From: a virus
Lineage: Duplodnaviria; Caudoviricetes
Length of the DNA stretch: 63,112 nt
IMG/VR virus record: IMGVR_UViG_3300043446_002177
Location: 1 to 63,112 of that record
Strand: one strand, 5' to 3'
How positions within the stretch are numbered: the stretch's first letter is position 1; each line of letters begins with the position of its first letter. Both the position numbers and the translations under genes were made by a program. Positions 27,948 through 36,800 of the stretch are shown in pieces. A model generated the notes under the pieces. It worked only from the letters and a program-made list of their open reading frames with translations, ran no database searches and had not been told where the DNA came from.

Positions 27948-28577
27948 TTATCCTTGTAACACATGCAGAGCATGATTATAGTGTTTAACACGATCATCGA
28001 GCCCTAATGTGCCTCCATTGATACGTTTTGTTAGTGTTAACATGTCGCCTTTGTCTGCCCACTGGTTTAAGTTATTTGCTTCCCAGAACCAAGCAGCACT
28101 TTGTACACAACCTTCAAAAGTTGTTAAGTGTTCACTAGCTTCGTCTAGGCCAATTTCTAAACTTTGTGCATAACGTGTGTAGTTGTCTTTACCAGTTAAC
28201 TGGATAAGTCCACGACCGCAGAACTTCCATCCATCGCCACTTTCTTCTGGACCGTTGCCCATACGATTTGCGTATGCCCTGTTAGCAATCATTTCTGGCT
28301 TCTGTGCATACTGCCGAGCAATTTCAATAGTAGGAAAATAACGTGGCCAAACACGCATTAGGCTTTCTGCACGATAGTTTAAATTTTCTTTAATAGCACG
28401 ATAGCCGCCGCTCTCATGTGCAGTCTGTGCTAGGAAGGCTGCAACTCTTGGTATAGTATTGATATCATAATCTGGAAGAATTTCGCATAATGCCTCAAAC
28501 CAATGATCTGCATACGGATTTTTTCCAATGATTTGTGTAAACTTATCTTGTGTAAAATTAAATTCAAATCCAGACAT
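27948..28577 (-). CDS. endolysin, glycoside hydrolase family 19
   Basis: AAFLAQTAHESG, ENLNY, GDGWKFCGRGLIQLTGKDNY, SAAWFW, TKRINGG. Confidence 0.93.
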   Translation of the reverse strand: MSGFEFNFTQDKFTQIIGKNPYADHWFEALCEILPDYDINTIPRVAAFLAQTAHESGGYRAIKENLNYRAESLMRVWPRYFPTIEIARQYAQKPEMIANRAYANRMGNGPEESGDGWKFCGRGLIQLTGKDNYTRYAQSLEIGLDEASEHLTTFEGCVQSAAWFWEANNLNQWADKGDMLTLTKRINGGTLGLDDRVKHYNHALHVLQG

Positions 28578-28578
28578 G

Positions 28579-29313
28579 TTATATTTTCTCCAGTGCTAAT
28601 GCATAACCTTCGTTTTCAAACACGTAAGTGTTGGCTATTTTGGTAATATTATAATTGCCCAAGTATTTTGTATAAAACAATACTTCGCTAATGTCTTTGC
28701 TTTCTAACATGATAGGGCCTTGCATGTTAGCATAGATATCCTGAGTTGAGCCAAATGCTTTAATACGCATACGTAATGGTTCTGAAAACTTTCTTTTAAA
28801 AACAATGTCGTTGTCGTCAATATTAATGTTTTCTAAATAGCTACGATTAAAAAAATTACTAAAGTTATTCATGCGGCCTTCTTGTATTTTTACTTCGTAG
28901 TCTTCTTTACTATTAGGCACAACTTCATTTAAATTTTCTGCTGTAGCATCGTGGCTATCAAATCCTTTATGATATCTAAATCTAAAATTTTCAATGTCAG
29001 TTAGTTTGCTAACACCGTCGAGCATTTCAGCAATTTGTTCTCCAATGCGTTTATTACGTTCAATTTCTACAAATACTTTATATTTGCCATCTTCTAATTC
29101 GCCAGGGCTTTTGTCTGCATCAAGTACAAAATCATAACCTCGTTCTAAAAATGTTACAAGATCATCTGCAGGTTCATCACTTTCAACAGTGAAACTGACA
29201 ACTACTACATCTTTATCGGATCCCATTTTACTAGCATATGAATCTACTTCAAAGATGTCTTTGACCAACATCTTTAAATCGCCTGCTAATAATGTTTCAT
29301 TAAGCTGCTGCAT
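28579..29313 (-). CDS. hypothetical late/virion protein
   Basis: MQQLNE leader; acidic; in a late operon. Confidence 0.6.
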   Translation of the reverse strand: MQQLNETLLAGDLKMLVKDIFEVDSYASKMGSDKDVVVVSFTVESDEPADDLVTFLERGYDFVLDADKSPGELEDGKYKVFVEIERNKRIGEQIAEMLDGVSKLTDIENFRFRYHKGFDSHDATAENLNEVVPNSKEDYEVKIQEGRMNNFSNFFNRSYLENINIDDNDIVFKRKFSEPLRMRIKAFGSTQDIYANMQGPIMLESKDISEVLFYTKYLGNYNITKIANTYVFENEGYALALEKI

Positions 29314-29881
29314 TAGCGCCTCCTGCTGGTGCTGCTGGTGCTGCTGGTGCTGGTGCCGCAGGCGCCGCGCCTCCTCCTGCTGCTAATTGGTCTGCACCTT
29401 GTGCAGGAGCAGCATCTACACGGGCGTTTTTATTAATGCCCATGCTTTCTTTCATTTTACTCATATAGCCGTTGTAAATATCAGAAACTAATTTTTTAGG
29501 CATCGTAATTTCAACTAACCATACAGGTTTGCGATCTAGCTTACCTTTCTTAGTACCAGGACGAAAATCATCTGGACTTTTAATTTTGCGCGGTTCTAAT
29601 AAGTGTGTCTTTTCAAATCTAACTTTACAACCATAATCTAGTAAGCGTTTAGCAGCTACAGGATCTGGCATTTTTTCTCTAGGCCACATAAAACTGGCCT
29701 TAACCCAATGGCGCTCTACTACAGGACCTTCAACTAGTTCGCCATCCTGCCAGTTTTTATATACGTACATATTCATCTCATCTAAGACACGTTCCATGTC
29801 TTTTAGTGTAGATAAACTAGTATTTGAGCTGTATAAAGATTCTACGTTCTTAATGACGTCTAAAATATCACGCATTTTCAA
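29300..29881 (-). CDS. hypothetical late/virion protein
   Basis: TAAATA at 29900-29905 upstream; Pro/Ala tail. Confidence 0.6.
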   Translation of the reverse strand: MKMRDILDVIKNVESLYSSNTSLSTLKDMERVLDEMNMYVYKNWQDGELVEGPVVERHWVKASFMWPREKMPDPVAAKRLLDYGCKVRFEKTHLLEPRKIKSPDDFRPGTKKGKLDRKPVWLVEITMPKKLVSDIYNGYMSKMKESMGINKNARVDAAPAQGADQLAAGGGAAPAAPAPAAPAAPAGGANAAA

Positions 29882-30026
29882 TCCTGCAATTTATATACTT
29901 ATTTAGCTGGCTTGTTTTGATATCATAACAGTTTAATTTTTTTGTAAAATTGTAAATAGATGTGTAGGACCTCTGTAGTTATCGGGCGGTCGCTACAAGT
30001 CCTGCTTTCATAAGTGGGAGAACTTA

Positions 30027-30740
30027 ATGAGTAAAAGAGTGAAAAAACGCTTTACTTCTGACGTAAACGTGATTGATTTTCATACATATTTGCCTGCTAA
30101 AAAGCAGCGTGTCAATTTGTTACCTCGTAACAAGCATCAAGAAACTTATCTGTTTAAACTACATGACGAAAGTAAAAACATTGTTTTTGCTATAGGTCCT
30201 GCTGGTACAGGTAAAACTCTGCTTGCCGTACAAATGGGCATTAAGCTATTTCAGGAAGGTAAGGTTGATAGGATCATAGTTACGAGACCCGCCGTTTCAG
30301 TAGATGAGGATTTAGGATTTTTACCAGGTACGCTAAATGAAAAAATGGCACCCTGGACTAGACCTATTTTTGATGTATTAGGAGAATATTATCAACAGAA
30401 AGATATAGAGAACATGCTCTATGAGGGAGTGATAGAAATAAGCCCACTGGCCTATATGCGAGGCCGAACGTTCAAAAACGCATACGTTATTGCAGATGAG
30501 ATGCAAAACGCTACTCAGAATCAAATGAAGATGTTACTAACTCGTCTAGGAGAAAATAGCAAGATGGTTGTAACAGGAGATTTGAATCAAGCAGACAGAC
30601 TTAAAGATAACGGACTTATTGACTTTATAGAAAAGGTCAAAGGTCACAAATTAGATCATATAGATGTAGTGTACTTTGACAGTCACGACATTGAAAGACA
30701 TGAAGCCGTGAAGGAGGTCTTAGAGATATACGGCGATTAA
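30027..30740 (+). CDS. phoH: PhoH-like ATPase
   Basis: GPAGTGKT, TRPAV, LGFLPG, PLAYMRGRTF, DEMQN, LTRLG, TGD-x-x-Q-x-D. Confidence 0.96.
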   Translation: MSKRVKKRFTSDVNVIDFHTYLPAKKQRVNLLPRNKHQETYLFKLHDESKNIVFAIGPAGTGKTLLAVQMGIKLFQEGKVDRIIVTRPAVSVDEDLGFLPGTLNEKMAPWTRPIFDVLGEYYQQKDIENMLYEGVIEISPLAYMRGRTFKNAYVIADEMQNATQNQMKMLLTRLGENSKMVVTGDLNQADRLKDNGLIDFIEKVKGHKLDHIDVVYFDSHDIERHEAVKEVLEIYGD

Positions 30741-31546
30741 GATAGAGAGGGGATATAACCCCTCTCTATCATATCTGCAATATCATAACGTTTTGTTATT
30801 TCAGATATGCGTCCTCTACTGATTTCATCCCAGTTTAAATAAATTTCACTAAGATCTCTTTTTGGCATCTTTTGATTAGATAAATTAAGATGATTATTTT
30901 CTCCAAAATTTATACTGTTCTCAATCCCCCATTTTTTTATTTTTAAAAAAACAGATCCATCAAACAATTCTAAATCGTTTTCGTAATTTATATGTAGATA
31001 ACTGAGGTTTCTTGTTACAAGAGACGTATACATTTTTAAATATTGATAGTACTGTCCGCTGTGCCAATTTTCAAATTTTTTTAAATCTAAATTTATCTTA
31101 AAATTTTTTATTTTTGTACCGGTGGGGTCATCTGTTGGAATGTATATTTTTTCAATTGATGATAGTTGTTCGCTAGCATACCATGCTAGACTATTTGATC
31201 TAGTTAATATTATAAATTTATTATTTGGATTATCAAATAAAAAGTCAATGTTAGTTAAATCTGCCTGCCATTGAAATATTTTGTATACAAGATAAGAATT
31301 ACTACAAACTATGTTTGTTCGTTGATATGCTAATGGTAAATTATTTTTAAAAAAATTAGCAAATTCTTCTTTACTAGGAAGACCCTTTCCTCCACAAATA
31401 AACTGTTTTTCAAAAAAATTAAACACTGATTTGAATTGCGGTGTAAATATTTCGTAAATTACACGAGTTGATTTAAACGCTTCAAATAGTTCACATAACA
31501 AGGTACTTCCTGACCTAGGTTGAGTAAGAATAACAATGTTCTCCAT
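30737..31546 (-). CDS. sulfotransferase (Stf0/PAPS-dependent type)
   Basis: PRSGSTLL 5'-PSB loop, IILTRSN 3'-PB region, INYENDL; visibly more AT-rich than flanks. Confidence 0.72.
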   Translation of the reverse strand: MENIVILTQPRSGSTLLCELFEAFKSTRVIYEIFTPQFKSVFNFFEKQFICGGKGLPSKEEFANFFKNNLPLAYQRTNIVCSNSYLVYKIFQWQADLTNIDFLFDNPNNKFIILTRSNSLAWYASEQLSSIEKIYIPTDDPTGTKIKNFKINLDLKKFENWHSGQYYQYLKMYTSLVTRNLSYLHINYENDLELFDGSVFLKIKKWGIENSINFGENNHLNLSNQKMPKRDLSEIYLNWDEISRGRISEITKRYDIADMIERGYIPSLS

Positions 31547-31551
31547 TTTTC

Positions 31552-31776
31552 TTAATCTTTTGCTGTAACAATTACGGCTACCTTATCAATCCAAACTATT
31601 CGACCATAACAGGCTATATTCCATTTAGTTTGCCCATATTCTTCAGTGCATTCGGTAAATGTTTCTCCAATTATACGTACATCTGATGCAAGATGTTCAA
31701 TACCATTTTCAAATATCCGCCATACTAATCCATCTCCGGTATGCTTAGTGTTAAATCTTACATGATATTTGTTCAT
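31552..31776 (-). CDS. hypothetical phage protein
   Basis: ATGA-coupled; beta-rich 74 aa. Confidence 0.55.
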   Translation of the reverse strand: MNKYHVRFNTKHTGDGLVWRIFENGIEHLASDVRIIGETFTECTEEYGQTKWNIACYGRIVWIDKVAVIVTAKD

Positions 31777-32618
31777 TTAAGACCCATTGATTGACGAATT
31801 TTAGTTGCGCTAATATTGTGTGTAGCTTCGTCAAATGTTTCTTGTTCAATTTTGTAACCAACATCTCTACCATAGGTAATGTTTACAATGTTAGGTACAA
31901 CAATAATTTCGTATTGTCCTTGATATAATGTATCTAGGTCTCTACGAATAAAACTTTTTACTTGCTCGATAGCAAAAGGATTGCTACCGTTCCAACCTTG
32001 ACAATCGCGAATCATAATACACACTTGACCAGTCTTGGCAATAGCACGTTCAAATAAAGCACGATGTCCCTCATGCCATGGTTGCCAACGTCCTAGCATC
32101 TGTACAGTTTCTTTTTGCCAATCAAATTTTGGTCTGCGACGATCCTCAATAATATGTTCGCCTACAAACTCTACCCATTTTTCTGCATTTTGTTCAGTAA
32201 TTCTAAAATCATATAAATCTGGAGGAACAAATGCTTTGTTAGTATCTTCGTATCGGCCTGCATCAATAGTGTCCATCCAAATAGTCCAATCTGCTTTAAA
32301 ATTGTGGCGCATTTCTGGTAATGGGGCTACGAAATCACAGATAACATAATCTCCGTTGCAGCGTAATGAAAATTCAAACATTCTAAGGCTTTGACGAATT
32401 CTGCCTTCATTACTAAAATCCCAGTCGTTATACTTTCGACGAACATCGTCAGCATTGAACCAGTCTACCTTAGCACTCATATCTGGCGGCGCAACTTCAT
32501 AATTAGCCATTCTAGATGCACTCATTAAGGCATTTCTCTCAATCCAAGATTTTAGTCTTTCAGCAAAATAAGTTTTGCCGGATCCCGGCAACCCCATAAT
32601 AAGAATTCTTTTAGTCAT
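31773..32618 (-). CDS. APS-kinase-like P-loop kinase fused to an HxGH nucleotidyltransferase
   Basis: MGLPGSGKT, NADDVR, DFS-x-E-G-R, DFVAP; then LGRWQPWHEGH, YGRDVGY, ISATKIR. Confidence 0.8.
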   Translation of the reverse strand: MTKRILIMGLPGSGKTYFAERLKSWIERNALMSASRMANYEVAPPDMSAKVDWFNADDVRRKYNDWDFSNEGRIRQSLRMFEFSLRCNGDYVICDFVAPLPEMRHNFKADWTIWMDTIDAGRYEDTNKAFVPPDLYDFRITEQNAEKWVEFVGEHIIEDRRRPKFDWQKETVQMLGRWQPWHEGHRALFERAIAKTGQVCIMIRDCQGWNGSNPFAIEQVKSFIRRDLDTLYQGQYEIIVVPNIVNITYGRDVGYKIEQETFDEATHNISATKIRQSMGLK

Positions 32619-33123
32619 ATTTTGTTACCTCTATTCCTGATTTGGTTAAAAAATCAATACCGGCATTATCTCTATAATGTTCGCCGAAATAAACACGACG
32701 AATTCCAGATTGATATATTAATTTAGCACAATCTAGGCACGGACTATGTGTAATAAAGATGTCTGCACCTAATCCGCTGTTAGTTGACTTTGCTAATTTT
32801 GCAATGGCATTTGACTCAGCATGGAGGACTTCTGGTTTGGTTTTTAATCTGTACCTATATTCTTCTTCTGCTTCTTCGTTGTAATCTACATAGGGCCACT
32901 GTTCGTATATTTCTTCAGGATTTAGCCATCCACCTGCACCTTGATCCATCCAGTCTTTATCTTCGCAGTTGTTATCCCAGCCTGCAGGCATACCATTGTA
33001 GCCATAGCTGATAACTGTATCATCTTTGACAATTACAGCACCGACGTGTAACCGACGAGCATGACTAAGTTCTGCAGCTCTTTTAGCCCAGTCCATATAT
33101 AAATTGATATATTTTTGTTTCAT
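32611..33123 (-). CDS. dCMP deaminase
   Basis: VGAVIVK, GYNG, HAESNAI, SPCLDC. Confidence 0.93.
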   Translation of the reverse strand: MKQKYINLYMDWAKRAAELSHARRLHVGAVIVKDDTVISYGYNGMPAGWDNNCEDKDWMDQGAGGWLNPEEIYEQWPYVDYNEEAEEEYRYRLKTKPEVLHAESNAIAKLAKSTNSGLGADIFITHSPCLDCAKLIYQSGIRRVYFGEHYRDNAGIDFLTKSGIEVTKYD

Positions 33124-33611
33124 TCTACAGATTCGCCCTGACTATTTACTTCAATCCATGTATAATCGCCCAGCCATTTGACACGACAAATATATTCATA
33201 TTCTACAGGTGCTCCGGTTGCCCAGTCGTTAGGGCCGTGGAGTGTTAGTCTAGTACAGTTTTTTCTGTTGTCGTAACAGAGCCAATATATTTTTCCGTGA
33301 TAAGTTTGAAAGTCGTATTTGGCCTGGTGTACCCAGTCTGTTATTTCCAGTCGACGTTTTATGCTGGCTGCTTGTTTTTGTAGCACAGCAACTAGTTCCA
33401 TAATGCGATTATATTCCTGTTGCCCGTGCATACGAGCAACATTGACCATTATGTCTTTTTGTTTTTCAACAGGTATTAGATCAAATTTAGGAGCACCGGC
33501 TTCAGTAGGATAGGGAGTAACGTTTCGATTAAAAAAGGGAATTACACTATCCCCTATACGAGCATCGAAACTGTCCTTACCTTTAGCTGAATTAGGTTTT
33601 TCTTCATCCAT
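33120..33611 (-). CDS. hypothetical protein (DUF2452-like)
   Basis: YP-x-E-x-G-A-P-K-F ... AKYDFQ-x-x-x-G-K-I-Y ... P-x-D-W ... DYTW. Confidence 0.6.
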   Translation of the reverse strand: MDEEKPNSAKGKDSFDARIGDSVIPFFNRNVTPYPTEAGAPKFDLIPVEKQKDIMVNVARMHGQQEYNRIMELVAVLQKQAASIKRRLEITDWVHQAKYDFQTYHGKIYWLCYDNRKNCTRLTLHGPNDWATGAPVEYEYICRVKWLGDYTWIEVNSQGESVE

Positions 33612-34524
33612 TAATATAACTTAGCCTGATCAATGTAGCGGCTAGATTAATCTCCGGATCCATAACTAGTGTATGATCAACTAGACCCTGTTTGATAATA
33701 AGGATAGCTTTTTCTTGCACTGCATCGTCACCAAATAGTGCAACATTGTCATACAACCAGCGATAGATATCTTCAATTTCTTCTGGGCGAACCTGTCCAC
33801 AGACCAGCTTACGTGCTTCACTAATCTTGCCTTTTTTAAACAACTCGACCATTTCAATTTTGTAATCCGATCCGCCGTCATCGGCCTTTTCGGGAGTTTG
33901 TAGCCGACCATCTAAACTGTTCATCTGCACAGTATTGATACACTTACGCAAATCTGGGTAAGTAGCTTTAACTAGCGTATCTAATGTATCAAGTTCAAAC
34001 TCAATGCCTTCTTCTACTAGAATAGTAGCTACTCGAGCAGTAAACTCTGTTTGATCAATTTTAGTAATATCAAAGCCTTGGCAACGGCTATGTATAGCAG
34101 GAATAATTTTGTTCTTATAATTACACGTTAAAATAAACCGTGCAGTTTGATGATACTCTTCCATAACACCACGCAGTGCTGCCTGCGCTTCTGGAGTCAA
34201 ATAGTCTGCTTCGTCTAACAATACAACTTTAAAATCACCAAACGGGATCATCTGTACAAAGTTAGTAATGCGTTTTTTAACTTCGTCAATACCTCGTTCT
34301 CGTGATGCATTGATTTCTAAGATGTCTAGTTCATTAACATCTAGCTCATTAAACAAAATTTTAGCCAGCGTAGTTTTACCAATACCTGCATTGCCACTAA
34401 ACAATAAATGAGGAATGCTTTTATTTTTAATCCAAGACTCTACCTGTTGACGCTGGTGCTCATCTTTGAATACATAGCCGTCAATTGTCTTAGGACGATA
34501 TTTTTCAACCCATAGTTCTTTCAT
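33604..34524 (-). CDS. clamp loader ATPase subunit (gp44/RFC-small-like)
   Basis: LWVEKYRP, GNAGIGKTT, EINAS, LDEAD, FILTCNY, SRC. Confidence 0.95.
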   Translation of the reverse strand: MKELWVEKYRPKTIDGYVFKDEHQRQQVESWIKNKSIPHLLFSGNAGIGKTTLAKILFNELDVNELDILEINASRERGIDEVKKRITNFVQMIPFGDFKVVLLDEADYLTPEAQAALRGVMEEYHQTARFILTCNYKNKIIPAIHSRCQGFDITKIDQTEFTARVATILVEEGIEFELDTLDTLVKATYPDLRKCINTVQMNSLDGRLQTPEKADDGGSDYKIEMVELFKKGKISEARKLVCGQVRPEEIEDIYRWLYDNVALFGDDAVQEKAILIIKQGLVDHTLVMDPEINLAATLIRLSYING

Positions 34525-34751
34525 TGTGTCGCCTTAAAGTGTTCTTTAATTTTTTTAGTTATTTCTTCTGCTATACCAGCGGCACGATCTGCATCGTATG
34601 TAGTATAGATATGTTTATTATAGTTTACTGGGTCGGCGATAATTTTAAGAACATCGTCAATAATTAATTCAGCAAACTTTTCGTAATCGATTTGCTTAAC
34701 TGCATAATGGCTATAGCATTCCATTAGCATTACTTGTAATTTTTCATTCAT
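34521..34751 (-). CDS. hypothetical phage protein
   Basis: EKFAELII ... IKEHF small phage protein pattern. Confidence 0.55.
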   Translation of the reverse strand: MNEKLQVMLMECYSHYAVKQIDYEKFAELIIDDVLKIIADPVNYNKHIYTTYDADRAAGIAEEITKKIKEHFKATQ

Positions 34752-34996
34752 ACTATTTCCTCTACTATTCCTAAGATTTCAGCTAGAATAAGCAACGCAC
34801 CGCAGACAACCAACGAGCCCATAATAAGGCTGGCCCCCGCCGCAATTCGTACAGCACTTTTGCAAACACTGACATAAAAATGTCCCTTGCTTGTATCTTT
34901 GGGTTGAATTTCTATCATAGGTTTATGGTGTGGACAACGTCCTTGTTGGTAGTCGCATAACGGACTATATTGTTTATGACAAAGTTGACATTTCAT
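34748..34996 (-). CDS. small Cys-rich membrane protein
   Basis: CxxC...C...CPH N-terminus; HFYVS..KS..RI ... AEILGIVEEIV TM C-terminus. Confidence 0.55.
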   Translation of the reverse strand: MKCQLCHKQYSPLCDYQQGRCPHHKPMIEIQPKDTSKGHFYVSVCKSAVRIAAGASLIMGSLVVCGALLILAEILGIVEEIV

Positions 34997-35002
34997 CTCT
35001 AC

Positions 35003-35039
35003 ATTATAGAGATTAAAAAAGGGTCTGTCAAGACCCTTT
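35003..35039 (-). promoter_or_regulatory. consensus sigma70 promoter overlapping an intrinsic terminator
   Basis: aaagggtc-TTGACA-gacccttttt; TTGACA (35026-35031)-N17-TATAAT (35003-35008). Confidence 0.82.
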
Positions 35040-35042
35040 GGT

Positions 35043-35456
35043 TTAGAATGTACCTATATCCTGAGGGGGAGGAATATATCCATTTCCTTGTTCTGTAAAC
35101 GGTGCTAGATTTGGCGCGACCCACCCTAATGGTTTGAGGACTTTGCCGTCCTCACGTTTGCGAACCTTTCCAGTTTTGATATCAATTTTAGAAAAGTTAG
35201 TACGCATAACTTCTTTCCATGCACCTTCAGCATCGAAGCCGCCGCTGTGTATTGCACCAATAGTAACAACAAGAATATCAATTAGTGCATCAAGCTGTTC
35301 CACCCTGTCACCAGATGCTAGAGCTTGCTTAAACTCGTCATTATATTCTTCTTCAATAAGATTGCAATAAAGTTTATACTGTGTTGGGTTTAGCTCACCT
35401 ACGGTTTGATCGCAGGCTCGCATAAATTTTTCTTGATCGCGAAACGGATTTGTCAT
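35043..35456 (-). CDS. MazG/PRA-PH-like nucleoside triphosphate pyrophosphohydrolase
   Basis: LIEEEY.., DALIDILVV, V-x-x-x-N-x-S-K, REDGKVLKP. Confidence 0.85.
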   Translation of the reverse strand: MTNPFRDQEKFMRACDQTVGELNPTQYKLYCNLIEEEYNDEFKQALASGDRVEQLDALIDILVVTIGAIHSGGFDAEGAWKEVMRTNFSKIDIKTGKVRKREDGKVLKPLGWVAPNLAPFTEQGNGYIPPPQDIGTF

Positions 35457-35797
35457 AGATTGTTAAAATAAATGTCTTCGGGTTTTTGGTCTGCTGTAAG
35501 TAAAACGTCGTTATTGTCAACTCTTCGAATGACAATTTCTTGTCCGTTATCTTCAATAGTCATGCCCCTAGTCCACCGACCATGATCAACATATATCCAG
35601 TCACCAACTTTGACATCTTTTTGTTCAGGCCCAATAGCCCATACACGGCCCCATCGGGGTTTAATGCCACTATCCTTGCCGTCTTGACTAGGTATGTATA
35701 ACCCTGACTTAGTTTTAACTTCATCGAATTCCATATCTGTAACTAAGATATGATCTCTAATAGCTTTAACTTGTCCTTTAACAACTCCAATTGACAT
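35453..35797 (-). CDS. groES: co-chaperonin GroES-like (probable capsid assembly chaperone)
   Basis: DHILV, KTKSGLYIP, WGRVWAIGP, VKVGD. Confidence 0.88.
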   Translation of the reverse strand: MSIGVVKGQVKAIRDHILVTDMEFDEVKTKSGLYIPSQDGKDSGIKPRWGRVWAIGPEQKDVKVGDWIYVDHGRWTRGMTIEDNGQEIVIRRVDNNDVLLTADQKPEDIYFNNL

Positions 35798-35806
35798 TTT
35801 ATCTCC

Positions 35807-36022
35807 TTATTTCATGTCTGTTGCGTCTGTATGATATTCGGTGCTAGATTCTTCACGTTTACGAATAATTTTTCCGTTAGGGCCTAATTCGTCGCCTCGT
35901 GCGTTCATTCGTACATTACCCACTGCTAGAGTAGATTCATTTTTAATACGTAGCTGGTCCAGATCAATTTCTTTTCCGTTCATTGTTCTGTAGACTTTAC
36001 GTTGTGGTTCTTTCATGGCCAT
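35807..36022 (-). CDS. hypothetical phage protein
   Basis: YRTMNGKEID ... AVGNVRMNARGDELG; AGGAG SD. Confidence 0.65.
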   Translation of the reverse strand: MAMKEPQRKVYRTMNGKEIDLDQLRIKNESTLAVGNVRMNARGDELGPNGKIIRKREESSTEYHTDATDMK

Positions 36023-36050
36023 AGTATTCTCCTTATGGATATAATAGTAC

Positions 36051-36551
36051 TTATCTTAGGAATTCTCTCCAGTCTAAATTATATTTTAAACTGTTAATTT
36101 TATGAATACCAATTAAGTATAGCACATAACTGGCTACTGAACTACCCCTGCCTACACCCCAAACGATACCGTTATTTCTAAGTGTATCTACAATATATTT
36201 TAGTGCAAACAGCAGTTCAAACATGCCTAATTTTACAAAAGCTTCTAATTCTTCGTCAACACGTTGTTTTTCTGCATCCGTTGTGCATTGATCATATAGC
36301 CAGGGTATAAGATTAAAATTTTTGTATTCTTCCGGTATAAACCAATTTGACTGATTAGCTTCGTCAAAAAATTCTAAATTTTCGTAAGAGTCAACCGACC
36401 TTGGAGAAATTTCGGCCTGTTTAAATAGTTTGTTAATATCTTCGCTAGGGTCTACAAAAATTTGACTAAGATATTCTGTCTGTCCTCGGTAAAACAGATT
36501 GAAAATATCTCGTTCTTGAAATATAGGATTACCAAATTGATCTGATCTCAT
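36051..36551 (-). CDS. DNA polymerase III alpha (DnaE) fragment
   Basis: RV-x-x-E-L ... YIVD-x-x-R ... WGVGRGSSVASYVLYLIGIHKINSLKYNL; stops before the PDID catalytic motif. Confidence 0.8.
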   Translation of the reverse strand: MRSDQFGNPIFQERDIFNLFYRGQTEYLSQIFVDPSEDINKLFKQAEISPRSVDSYENLEFFDEANQSNWFIPEEYKNFNLIPWLYDQCTTDAEKQRVDEELEAFVKLGMFELLFALKYIVDTLRNNGIVWGVGRGSSVASYVLYLIGIHKINSLKYNLDWREFLR

Positions 36552-36560
36552 TCAACTATT

Positions 36561-36791
36561 TTAGTTGACATTGATCAGTTTGTCAAGATCTTTATCTCTG
36601 TTTTGGTATTGTTGTTGCCACATCTTTGCTCGACGGGCTCTTAGTTCTTCATTGTACAGATCTAAGAACATGGTAATTTGATGTTGCACGCCAGGATTGC
36701 TTGCCTGCCAATATTTTCTATTCAATTCCTGTATGCGAGATTCAATTTCTGCATCTTTAAGTTTTGAAAAGTCTTCTGCTAGTGGATGCAT
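36561..36791 (-). CDS. hypothetical phage protein
   Basis: 76-aa helical ORF with AAGGA SD. Confidence 0.6.
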   Translation of the reverse strand: MHPLAEDFSKLKDAEIESRIQELNRKYWQASNPGVQHQITMFLDLYNEELRARRAKMWQQQYQNRDKDLDKLINVN

Positions 36792-36800
36792 TGATTATCC

